DNA of 64,000 nt. Source: the human T2T-CHM13v2.0 reference genome, Homo sapiens. Shown here in pieces: positions 15,296 to 37,436 of this stretch. A program made the position numbers and the translations under genes. Location of the stretch: NCBI RefSeq assembly GCF_009914755.1, contig NC_060926.1. One strand, given 5' to 3'. Under the pieces are notes generated by a model. The model searched no databases and was not told where the DNA came from. It saw only the letters and a list, made by a program, of their open reading frames with translations. Within the stretch, counting starts at the first letter, position 1. Each line of letters begins with the position of its first letter.

Positions 15296-16258
15296 AGACG
15301 TTAGTGCTCATTAAGCCTCATCCTTGGAACCAGAAACGTGAAAACCTATTTTTTTCACATTTTTCTCTGTACATCCTAAATCATAAAGGCCTACATTTGG
15401 GAAATAGGCAAGTGATCAAGGTGACAAAATGCAGCTTTGGGAACTGCCTTTACTTTTCTCTGTCCCTTTTAAAAATTCTCTAAAACCAAGCAGAGGAAAA
15501 GATTGATATTTCCCAGCAGAGTTGAATGATGAAAACCACATGGGTTTGGTTGACAGTGTGTTGTCTACCATCATGATGTAGGAGGAGGAAACTGTTCTGG
15601 AGGAAACTGTGTTATCACTTGACATCAAGTTAAAGGACGCAGAAGCATCATGGTATTTTGTTACCTTATGATAAGAGTTACATATAGGGGAGGAGGAGAA
15701 GGCAGGGAAGGGGTGAGTTTTGTTGAACGCCCGGCTAGTATGGCACATGCCAGTGGGAGTGGATGGTGGTTTGAAAGGACTCATTAACTTTTTTTTTTAA
15801 TCTCTTCTACGAGAAAATGGCCTTGCTTAGGAACATACTTGTTCTGCTAGGAAAAGGGAAAAGGCAAATTTGTTCCCTGGGGTGGGGGTGGGGACGGGGG
15901 AGGTGGGATTGCTTGGGCTATTCCTCGTCATCCTGGACAGAAAAGCCGGGGCGGGCGCCGCAGAGGCAAAACAACTTGGGCCTTCGCTCTGGCGGCGCGC
16001 GGGGGACCAGCCTGTGCAGCAAGGGCGGCTTTTATCTTTTTATTTTTGGGGTTTCTCCGGGACAATGATGGGCCTTGCGCGGCACAGAGATCGGCCCCAC
16101 GTCAGCTGCCGCGCTTGCAACAAGCTGGCCAGGGAGCACCACGCGGAGACCAGGCCCGGCCGGGGGCGGGAGGCCGCCAGCGCCTCAGCTCCCTGTCCGG
16201 CCCGGCCCCTCCTCCAAGGCGCTCTCCCGCACTGCGGAGAACTGGCTGAAGGCGACAT

Positions 16259-16267
16259 CGCCATTTT
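16259..16267 (-). promoter_or_regulatory. YY1-type motif AAAATGGCG at the start of intron 1
   Basis: cgccatttt on the plus strand within the CpG island; motif match only. Confidence 0.4.
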
Positions 16268-16352
16268 AGGTACGGGCAAATTCTGGACGCTCCAAAATCC
16301 ACGCCAAGCCCTCGGCAGGCCACACCCCCTGCACCGGGCCTCGGTCACTCAC

Positions 16353-16452
16353 CCGGACCCTCATTGGACTCTGGACCGGTCCGATTGGAATCACTGAACA
16401 CGGCCCGGCTGAAGTTTCCCAGCCGCTGGCGCACCGGATCCGGCAGCTCCAT
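16353..16452 (-). CDS. TMEM17: TMEM17 coding exon 1 (MELPDPVRQRLGNFSRAVFSDSNRTGPESNEGP + 1 nt)
   Basis: ATG at 16452-16450 in the context GGCATGG; donor G|GTGAGT with GT at 16352-16351; phase 1. Confidence 0.96.
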
Positions 16453-16519
16453 GCCTGGGCCTCAGTATCCCTCACCCCCTCAGACACGGGCTAGTCTGCG
16501 GGCGCTCCGAGGCTCCGTG

Positions 16520-16533
16520 GTTCCCACGGCAAC
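16520..16533. promoter_or_regulatory. RFX X-box motif GTTCCCACGGCAAC
   Basis: Matches the X-box consensus GTTGCCATGGCAAC at 12 of 14 positions, about 70 nt upstream of the ATG of a ciliary gene. Confidence 0.75.
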
Positions 16534-17506
16534 CGGGCGGCGCGAGGCCGGCGGGACCCGGGAGCGCGCGGGGCTGCCCGGCTGGGCTGGGTCTCGTCCG
16601 GAGCCCGCGCAACCTGGAAGGGACCGGCGCGCTCAGAGCGCGTTCCAGGCCCAGGGAGCCGCGCGCCTCGGCCGTGTACAAAACGGCAGATCCCTTAGTT
16701 CTGCTTTGAGCTCGACCATCCTAAAAACAAACCTATACTAAGAAATGAGCTGGGGTTGGACTGCGATACAAGGAGCCCTCACATTTGCCAGTGGAACTGT
16801 AAATCGGTACAACCTTTCTGGAGAGAAATAGAGAACGAATGCAGAGCTTAAAGAATGTCTAGAGGTGTAGGGGTGTGTGTGAGAGAGAGAGACATCATGT
16901 GACTGATTATTTTTTAATAAGAAAACAGCAATGGGCAACTGATTAAATGTACTGGAGCACATACATTCAATGGAGTATGTTTCAGCTGCTTATAAAATGC
17001 TTGCAAAGGATATTGAATGGTATAGTTTAACTTTATGTAAAAATACAGCAGAAATAAAACTAAATGAGAATGAACCTAATTTAGCAAAATTTATGTGTAT
17101 GAGTGGAGGGGAGGAGAGAGCGTGTGCACACTGGCTTGAAAAAAAGAACTGGAAAAAAGTCCAAAATGTTAACAGTCGTTTTCACTGGATAGTGGGATTG
17201 TAGGTGATTCAAAAATTTTTAAACGTCTTATTTTCTAGCTTTCTCTCAAGATATATTACTTAAAAAAAACTAAGTGTAATACACATACAGAAAAATTGTA
17301 CACCTTTTGTAAGTAATATATATTACTTAAGAAATAAGTGTAATATATATACATAGACTGAAATCTGTATGTGTAATCAGCACCCTGTTCAAGAAACTTT
17401 ACAATATTCCCAGAAACTCCCCCTTCCTATTTCCTTTCAGTCACTAAACCCACTCCTCACTCATAACTGACCTTTCCTGAATTCTAACAGCAAAGGAGAG
17501 TTTTGC

Positions 17507-18156
<650 letters not shown>

Positions 18157-20646
18157 TTTTGCATATTTATATAAAAGCAATCATACTGTAAGTACTTTTT
18201 TAAAAAACTGGCTTTGTCTTCAACATTACTTTCATGAAATTCCTTCATGTCATTGAGTGTAGATTCTTTTGCCTTGCTCTTTGTGATCATACCACAATAA
18301 GCTTACTCATTCTACTGTTGATGAGTGTCTGTATTTTCTAGTTTGGAGCTGTTGTGTATAGTGCTGCTTTGGGGAAAAGATGCCTCTTGGTGAACATATG
18401 CATGCATTTTTGTTGAGTGTATATCGAGAGTGGAATTGCCGTGTCATAGGATACGAAAGACCCAGCTTTAGTAGAGGCTGCCTACAGTTTTCCAAAGTGA
18501 TCAAACCAATTTCTGCTGCCTCCAGCAATGTGTGAATATTTCCATTACTCCATATACTTCACCAACACTTGTTATTTCTTATCCTTTCCTTTTAGCCCTT
18601 CTGATGGGTGTGTGGTAAAAGTATTATTTTTACAATCAAAAGGAAAATTACACATTTATATAAATGCAAGAAGAAGATATGGGTGGAAATAAGTTCATGA
18701 CTAGAATTTTAAAATAATTACACAAACGTTTATTGCATTCCTACTGCTTATTTGGATATCGTGCTAGGCTAATTAGGGATATGGTCCCTCCTCATCAAGA
18801 AGCACAGCTCAGTGAAAGAGAGACATGGAAACAAGTAAGTGCAAACACTGTTATTAGACGTGCTCTATTAAAGGACCACTGATGAAGAAGCAATTAATTC
18901 GGGTTGAGGATGTCAGGGAAAAGCTGGTTAACTTCTGCTTCATTTCAAGATGGAGTTCAGACCTGAGAATCTCCAAAAAGGCTTCTAGGACCTTCCTGAA
19001 ATAGCTTAGGTGCTCTCTTCTGTGTTTCCCAAAGCATCTTCCTCTTGTTTCTTTGGTCACAGTGCTGGTCACTCTATACTAAAATTGTCTGTTTATGTGT
19101 CTGTGTCTCTTGCTAGTCCTCAAGCTCTTAGAGGTCAAGAATGGACTTTCATCTTTATATCCCCAACACTAGCACAGTGTGGTACCTGGCCATGAGTAGG
19201 AGCTGGATGACTGTTGAGTGAGTAAAAGGAAGAAAAAGCCTAATGACCACTCTCTTGTCTTTCCCTTCTAGTTCAAGGACTTAGCTAGCCCTTTAAAAGG
19301 TTCACTTTGTAAAATGGTGAATTGGTGTATTAAAACATAGTGAATCATAACAATTTAAAAAACCTTAGCAACAGAGAATCACTTTTCATTTATCAAATGA
19401 ACCGAGATTTTTTATAAACGGAACAGTGAAGCAGGAGGCCTCAGGCTCAGCTGTTGAATTATAATTTGGCCAACCGCATTGAGACAAGTAATCGGCAATG
19501 TATAGAAATAGCCTTTAAAACGTTCCTGCCTCCTTTAACACGATAAAATCTTAAGGCGTGCTCTATTAAAGGAAAATAATCATAGAAACAAAGTTTTATA
19601 CACCAAATGCTTCTCCAACATTATTGATAATTGTTTAGAAAAGAGGGGAATGGGCATTTGAAGTGCCCAACCACAGGGCCTCATTAAGCAGATTACGATA
19701 TTTATGGCAAGGTGTTGGGCTGCAGTAGAAAGAATGTCCTTGGAAGCTGAGAGGGCAGGGTTCAAATACCCTAAAATTCTCGATGTACCACTTAACAGCT
19801 GTGTGACTGATTTCAGATACTCGTTTTGTAAAGTAAAAATAATGATATCTTACTGTTGTGGTTGATGTGATATTATATCATTAAGGCTCTCTATACATGA
19901 TAGCTACCATTTACACATCAATTAAAATGAAGTTTATGAAGAAACAACACCTAGAGTGGAGTCAAATAATGCTGGTATTTAATTTTGTAAATTCAACTGG
20001 ACCTGCTAGGTAATACCTCTGTTGCTTTCCTAATAAAGACAGTGGAGGCAGTTAAGCATTAAAGCACTCCATTATGTTAACCAAAAACCTATGTGAATTC
20101 TTATCAAAAACCTAAGTGAATTATTTTAAAGATATTTTCCCCTGGCATTGAAAAAAGATGCAAGATACCTTCTTCAGATTGTAATTATGTTATCAAAATC
20201 CTGGAGGAAAAAAAGTGATAGAATTATGGGTATTTTTCCTTCTAATTTTATTATTCAAATTTCCTATATGAGCGTACATTTTCTAGTTAGAAAAAAATCT
20301 TGTTAAAAATAAATTGAGAGGAAGAGGCAATGATGATGCAAAAACATTAGAGAAGATAATTTGAGAGGAAAAAAAATGTGGTTTGGAATGAGTCCTGCCA
20401 TTATTGATGTATCATAAATGGTCCAAGGGGCTCAAAAAAACTTTCCAAATGTTATCTTATTAGTTGATACTCCCAATATTTATAGGCAATTACATTAGAA
20501 ATACTAAAGGAGATCCTTCAGTGTTTCACTAATGTGATTGCCTATACAGGTGGGCATCCACATTCATGAAAAATGAAGAATTGTATGATTTGGGTTTCCC
20601 ATCTTCTAGACCTACTACTTACTTAGGATCTAAAGAAAGAAGTATG

Positions 20647-20985
<339 letters not shown>

Positions 20986-21228
20986 TTAATGAATAGTCCC
21001 ATAAAGTTTAAACTGCTTAGTTCTTATACCAGTGTTGATGTTCAGAGTAATAGCTGTTTCTGCAATAGTTGTTTAATGTATTTCTTGGGGTTTAATTACA
21101 TTTATTGTTTGCTTATTTGTTTTCACAAACATTTTGAGACTGATGCAATGATTAGCTTCCCTTTGATAAGGGACCATGTTGTCTGGTAATAATGTATTAC
21201 CTTATATGACAAGAAACTGATTTGGGGA

Positions 21229-21523
<295 letters not shown>

Positions 21524-23952
21524 CTCAGTTATTTAAATTACTCCTTGGCATAAAAAAAAATTCTTTCCACTTGATACTAATAAAGAGTTTAGAAATATTT
21601 TTAAGTAAGTATGTCATTCAGTTTATTGCTTTAAAATGAACTGAGAGACATTTCTCAGAATCTAGATAAATTTAAAAGATAAATTATATATTTGGGTATA
21701 ATATATAATTATGATGATGATATGATTCCACATCGGCATCCACATTAAAAAAATCTTACTCTAAATTACCTGAAATGTAATCTTAGAATCCTCAAATTGT
21801 TAATGGATAAGCAAAGATTTTTTGATACAAGTCCCTGGTACAATATATTCTATTCACAGCACTTCTCAAAGGTTTATAAGAAAGAATCAGGCTGTGAATT
21901 ATACAGAAAGCAAAATCTCATGAAAGGAATTTTTATACTATATTAAGTGATATTTCAAGGCTGACTTTAATATTTTGTCTTCAGAGACATCTCCATTGAG
22001 AATTTTTATTAGAAAATTCTTTCCCCTTTAAAATACTGTTTATATAATAGTTTTTTGGTTCGGTGGCATTTCTTTGTGTTGGTCTACCACACTGCTCACC
22101 TGCTATATGAAGCAGCTGCTCCATGCGTCAACCATGTGGGAGATGGGAACGTCAAGCCGAGGGAAGAAAATCAGTAAAGCAAAAACCCGCTTAAGGAAAC
22201 CTCAGATCTGTCAAGTGAATTATGATACTGATTAGAAGCAGGTGGTCATTTTACGGAATAAGTAACATGTTCCATTTTTAGTAGTGATGTCTTACTAAAC
22301 TAAAAATATTTTCTATATTACACTGTGTAAAGTATAAATTATGTTCCCCTTTCTGGAAGAAAATTGACCTGTTATTGACTGTAATAAAATATTGCTTTCC
22401 CCACAGTAAATATTGATACGTTGTTCACTGTTCCCTCTGCCTTACTTTAAATTGTGGTTCTGTGCTTTTAACAAATAATATGCTTTGTTTTCAACAGTAT
22501 ACTTTGCATTGCTTAGCTATGTTCAATTTTGATCCTCAATCACATCAAGATTGTAAGAGTAGAAATGTTATAAATAGACAAGTTAGTACTAAAATGAAAG
22601 GTGTACACACAGATAAAGAGTTCAAATACATTTGAATTATTTATTATACTTAGGTAGCTGAATAATAAAATTCTCCAAATTTTCTTGAAGGTGTTTGCTT
22701 TGCAAAATAGAAAATCATTGCCATTATTCTTGTATCCCATTTCCTTTCCCACTGCATTTTTAGTTACTACAGAATTGTTCTTATTTTTTTTTCCAACACA
22801 TGGTGTGAAGATTAATAGACGTTCAAGGTGATTGGAGACAAGTGTAATAAGATGTCAACAGGGATGTTCTCTGATCCCTGACTAAGGTTCAAAGCTGTGC
22901 ACAGAACGGGGTAAGTTCACATATTCTAAGTTGAGAAACCACCTATAGTTAGGCCAGCCTACTAAGAAATGTTGATACAGGGAAACAGTCGTACCACAAA
23001 CGTTTCCCAAACTACCCCATTTGTACTCATGGAAGTCTAAAGAAAGGGTGGGTAGAGAGGAGGTTAGCCTTTTGTGAAGTACAATGTTCATAAGGATAAT
23101 CTCTTCCCTTCCTTCACCCCATTCTCACTGTTAAGGGAGAAGATGGAAGCACTTTTTCCCCTCAAAGTCTAGCAAGGAGCCCTCAGGAAAATTACCTATA
23201 ACATTTAGAAATGCCCAACCATGCCCCCTCTACAAGGTGGGAGATTGGTGATCATCTCATCTCTGACCTCTTCTGGACCAGCTGACTGCTCTGTGCTTGC
23301 AGAGCAAGGAGAGGGGACAGAGAGAGACAGCCTAGCTAAGAGAGGAGGCACCACAATAGCCCATATTCCTACCTCCAAGAGATGCTGCTAGCTGGACCCC
23401 TCACGGGAGAGGTCAAGTAGGTGCAAGGTATATATCTCAAGGAACTGGACAGTGGAGAGGACCCCCAATGACCTTTGCCAATGAGGGAGCCAGTACTTGG
23501 ATTCTCTCCAGTATAGAAGACATTGAAAGTCTGACAGGACTAACTAAAGAAGCAGCAACATCCTACAGAGAAGAAATTGCAACCTTTCTAGGAAGCCGTA
23601 TGAAATATCTACTTCCCTATTCTTGCCCTAATATCAGAAGGGAAGCAACCGAAAGAAAGAGAGGGAAGGATATAAAGAGCAGAGCATCTGCCACTCCACC
23701 TTCACACACACATGCACTCCAAGCCACTAGCAGTAGACGTTGACTTTTGGACAAGTCTGGAGGTAAAGGAGGAAAAGGAAGGGAGGAAAAAACAGTTTTA
23801 AATCCTATTTGAAGCTTAACTTGAACAAAACGGAGCTTTACATGCTGGAATGAGATGATCCTAATAACTTGAAGAGGTTAATAAATGGAATCAAGCCAGG
23901 GTGTGATTAAAAGAGTTGACACCCAGAAAAAAAAAATGAGGGTGGCATATAG

Positions 23953-24257
<305 letters not shown>

Positions 24258-25271
24258 CATGGTGGGTGGGTTTTAAGAAAATAAAGCTACTTCATATTTA
24301 TGCCCCCAATGAATTGAGAATTCTCAAGAAAATAGTTACATAATCCATCAGAGTTCTGATTTTTAGAGGGGGATGGCATGATCAATTCTGAATAACAGAC
24401 AGATGAGATGGATATCAATTCAAGCAAGGAAATAGAATGGTTTTATTTTTTAAGAAAACATTTTTTTCTTTTAATTGAAGTAAGACATGCACACAAAAAA
24501 GTGCACAGATCAGAACTGTAGAGGTCCATGAATTTTGCTGAAGCAAACCCACCTGTGTAACCAGCACCCAGATCAGGAAATAGAACACTACCAACGCCTC
24601 CAAACCCCCTGCTTATGTTGCCTCTTAGTCATCAGCCCTCTCAACACTCCCAAAGTCATACTATCTTGATTTCTATACCTGTAGATTAATTTTGCCTGAT
24701 TTTATTTTTCTGTAAATGAAGTCCTACATTATTTGCCTTTCGTGTTTGCTTCTTTCACTCAACATTACATTTGTGAGATTCATCCATGCTGTTATGTGTT
24801 GCAGTAGCCTGTTTGTTCCATTGCAGCACAATATTCTGTTTGAATATACCATGAATTTTATTTATACAAATGGTAATGGAAAAAAAATCGTATCCAGTTT
24901 GGGCTACTGCAGAGAGTGCTATTGGACTTGCTTGCTTATATTTTACTTATGACTGTCAGGTTACATTCATGAGAGAGATTGACCTGTAATTTTTCTTCCT
25001 TGTGATATTCTTGCCAGCTTTGGGCATCAGGGTTGTACTGATCTCATAAAATTGTTGGAAATGATCCCTTTTTTTCTGTTCTCTGGAAGAGTTTGTGGTA
25101 AGGTTGATGTTTTTCTTTGTAATGTGTCTGGAAGAATTCACCAGAGAAGCCATCGGTGCCTGGAGCTTTCTTTGTGGGAAGGTTATGAATTTAATTTTTG
25201 TTTATAGGTATATAGCTCTTCAGATTTTTTTTACCTTTTTTTCTCCCAATCTGATAAGTTGTATGTTTCTA

Positions 25272-25589
<318 letters not shown>

Positions 25590-25837
25590 TCATTTCACTG
25601 GCATGCAGTTGCTTGTAATTTCTTATTGTTATATTCTTAATGCTGATAGGATCTATATTGAGGGCTCCCCTTTCCTTCCTGAAATTGGTTATTTGTACCT
25701 TCTCTCTCTCTCTCTTTTTTTTTTTTTCCCTTGGTCAGTGTTGACAGAAGTTTCTCAATTGTATTAGTTTTTTCAAAAAACCAATATTAGGCTTCTTGGT
25801 TTTCTCTATTGTATATTTGCTTTCCATTTCATTAATT

Positions 25838-31970
<6,133 letters not shown>

Positions 31971-32057
31971 TCTATTTTCTTTTCTAATCTTTATTATTTC
32001 CTTATTCTTACCTTCTGTGGGTTTAATTTTCTGTCCCCCCCCACCTTTGGATATGAC

Positions 32058-32366
32058 TTTTTATATTTTATTTTATTTTATTTTTGAGACGGGGTCTCAC
32101 TTTGTCACCTGGGCTGGAGTGCAGTTGCTCAGTCTCAGCTAACCACAACCTTGATCTCCCAGGTTCAAGTGATCCTCCTGCCTCAGCCCCCCAAGTAGCT
32201 GGGGCTACAGCCATGTGCTTCCATGCTTGCCTAATTTTTCTATTTCTTGTAAAGACAGTGTTTCACCATGTTGGCCAGGCTAATCTCAAACTCCTGAGCT
32301 CAAGCGATCTGCCTGCTTTGGCCTCCCGAAGTGCTGGGATTACAGGAGTGAGCCACCGTGCCTGGC
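32058..32366 (-). mobile_element. Alu (AluJ-like)
   Basis: TSD tggatatg(a/g)cttttta. Confidence 0.9.
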
Positions 32367-34044
32367 TGGATATGGCTTTTTAGGTAGATATTATGAATCA
32401 TTAGTTTTTAGATTTTCTTTTTTAAATACATGCATTAAAGATTATAAATTTTCCTTTAAGTTTGGCTTGTTCTTACACTCCATACATTTTAATATGCAGT
32501 ATTTTCATTATCATTTTGTTTAAAATATGTTTCAATTTCTATTGAGATATCTTCTTTGACTCACAGATTATTTGGAAATGTATTGTTTTTATTTCCAAAC
32601 ACTAGGAAATTTCTAGTTATCTTTTTTGTAATTGATTTCTAACTTAACTCCATTATGGTTGGATAACATACTCTGCATTATTTCAATCCTTTGATATTTG
32701 TTGAAACTTTTTGTTGGCCCAGCATTTGATCAATTTTGATAAATGTCCAGGTACACTTGAAAAGAATGTGTTTTCTTCATTTTTTGGGTGTAATTTCTAT
32801 GTAAATTCAATGGGCCATGCATGTTATGTTGTTCAAATCTTCTACGGCCTGATTTTTTTTTGTCTACTTGTTGTCAAAGATGTCAGAGATGTGTTAAAAT
32901 CTTCCATTTTGATTGTTAATTTGTTCATTTCTTTTTTTAGTTTTAGTTCTTTATGATATTTTGAAATTATGTTATTAGGAGCTCAGAAATTTAGAATTGT
33001 CATATCTTCCTAGTGAATTGACCCTTTTATAATTATGAAATACACTGCTTTATCTCTAGAAATACTTTAAAGTGTCCTCTGGTTTTTAGCTTTAATAAAT
33101 ATTGATAGTATATATATATTCCCATCTTTTTACTTTCAAATTCTGTGTGTTCTTAAGATGTGTATCTTGTAAATGTCAAATAGCTTTTTTTCCAATTATT
33201 GTGAAAAATCTTTGTCTTTTAATTGGATATTTTAGTCCATTTACATTTTTAATAATTATTGAAATTGCAGGGTTTAAGGCTATTATTTTGCTACTAGTTT
33301 TCTATTTGTCCTACTTTTTCAATATTCCCTTTGCTCTCCTTTCTTGGCTCCCCTTTCTTGCTTTCTTAGGATTTATTTTTAATTATCTTATACCCCATTC
33401 TATTGGCTTGTGAATTATACATTATTGTGTTTTTCTTTTTGTAGTTATTCTGGAGATAAAATGCCTCCTTGAATCTAATATAGACTAATCTTATACTACT
33501 TCCAAGACAATGTAAGGACTCTGCTTGCCCCTGTTCTGCCTGTTAGTGTTAATGTTGTCACATATTTTAATTCTGCATGCAGTTGAAACCCCACAATATG
33601 TTCTTATTATTATTGTTTTACATAGTTAGTATTCATTAGATTTATCCAGATCTTTATACTTTCTGTTGTTCTTTATTCCTTCCTGCACCTCTATGCTTCT
33701 CTCTGGGATTATATCTCTTTGTTTCAGTATCAGTCTACTAACAGTAGACCCTCTTGGGTTTGTTTGGGGTTTTACTGTTGTTGTTATTGGTCTGAAATAT
33801 CTTTATTTTGCTTTTGTTTTTGAAAGCTGTTTATTTTTGAAAGCTGTTTCACTGGGTATCGAATCCTAGGAGGTCAATTATTTCCTTTCACCTCTTTAAA
33901 GATGACATATATGAAAAGTCAGTTGTCAGTCTTATTCTTTTTTCTTTGAAGGTAATGTGTCCTTCCCTCTGGCTACTTTGAAGATTTTACTTTGTCTTTG
34001 GTTTAAAGTGTTTGACTGTGATATGCCTAAGATGTGAATTTTAA

Positions 34045-34590
<546 letters not shown>

Positions 34591-35089
34591 TGATCCATGA
34601 GTATATTTAGAAGCAAAATTGGTGATTATTAGGCAGACTGTGTTTACTACGAGCAAATTATATCATTCTAACCTCACTTTTTTCTTTGCTAGAATTACCA
34701 GATAATGCCTATCATACCCAGTGTTTCTTTCCAGATGAAAATGCCTCATCCACAGCCCTCTGTTCATGGAAGTAGAGTTGGGATATTCCCTGCACAGCGG
34801 TGGCCAATCAGATTAGCTCTCTCTGTGATTTGGAATAGGGCAGTGTAGGAGGGACTGGTGAGTCAGTAACAGAAACAACAAAATAACAAAATAAGATCCT
34901 AAAACAGAAGCAGATACTTGAAGGAGGTACCATGTAGGCAATAAACCAGAGATGCAGAGTAGATTTTGTCCAGAACTGCCTTGGCTCCTGGGAGCTATTT
35001 AATTCTAGGTATAGTACGTGTAATCTTACGAAAAAAGCCCATTTCTTGAGGTGACCTGAATGAACCTCTCTTCCTTGCAATCGGAAAGG

Positions 35090-37095
<2,006 letters not shown>

Positions 37096-37130
37096 ATCCT
37101 CTAAGGCTTTAGGAACTAAAGAGCTCATTG

Positions 37131-37436
37131 TTCTTTGTTTGTTTGTTTTGAGACAGGGTCTTGCTCTGTCACCCAGGCTGGAGTACAGTGGTGTGATCAT
37201 GGCTCACTGCAGCCTTGACCTTCTGGGCTCAAGCAATCTTCCTGCCTCACCCTCGTGTAACTAGGATTACAGGCATGCATCTCCATGCCTGGCTATTTTT
37301 TTTTTTTAAGTTTTTTTTGTAGAGACGAGTCTTGCTATGTTGTCCAGGCTGGTTTCAAACTCCTGGCCTCAAATAATCCTCCCACGTCTTCCTCCCAAAG
37401 CATTAGGATTACAGATGTGAGCCACCATGCCCAGCC
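37131..37436 (-). mobile_element. Alu (AluJ-like)
   Basis: Diverged dimeric Alu; TSD gagctcat. Confidence 0.88.

Larger units (their letters stand above)
15930..16720. promoter_or_regulatory. CpG island / TMEM17 promoter and exon 1
   Basis: The only long GC- and CpG-dense tract in the window; it spans the start codon. Confidence 0.92.

Noticed and set aside
15584-15610. Short tandem duplications (ggaggaaactgt x2; also ttttgaaagctgttt x2 at ~33818-33849 and ctagaat x3 at ~62247)
   Set aside because: Ordinary slippage events with no further structure.
15817-16741. Multiple overlapping ORFs of up to 175 aa
   Set aside because: Expected by-product of the GC-rich CpG island; only 16353-16452 on minus fits a spliced CDS.
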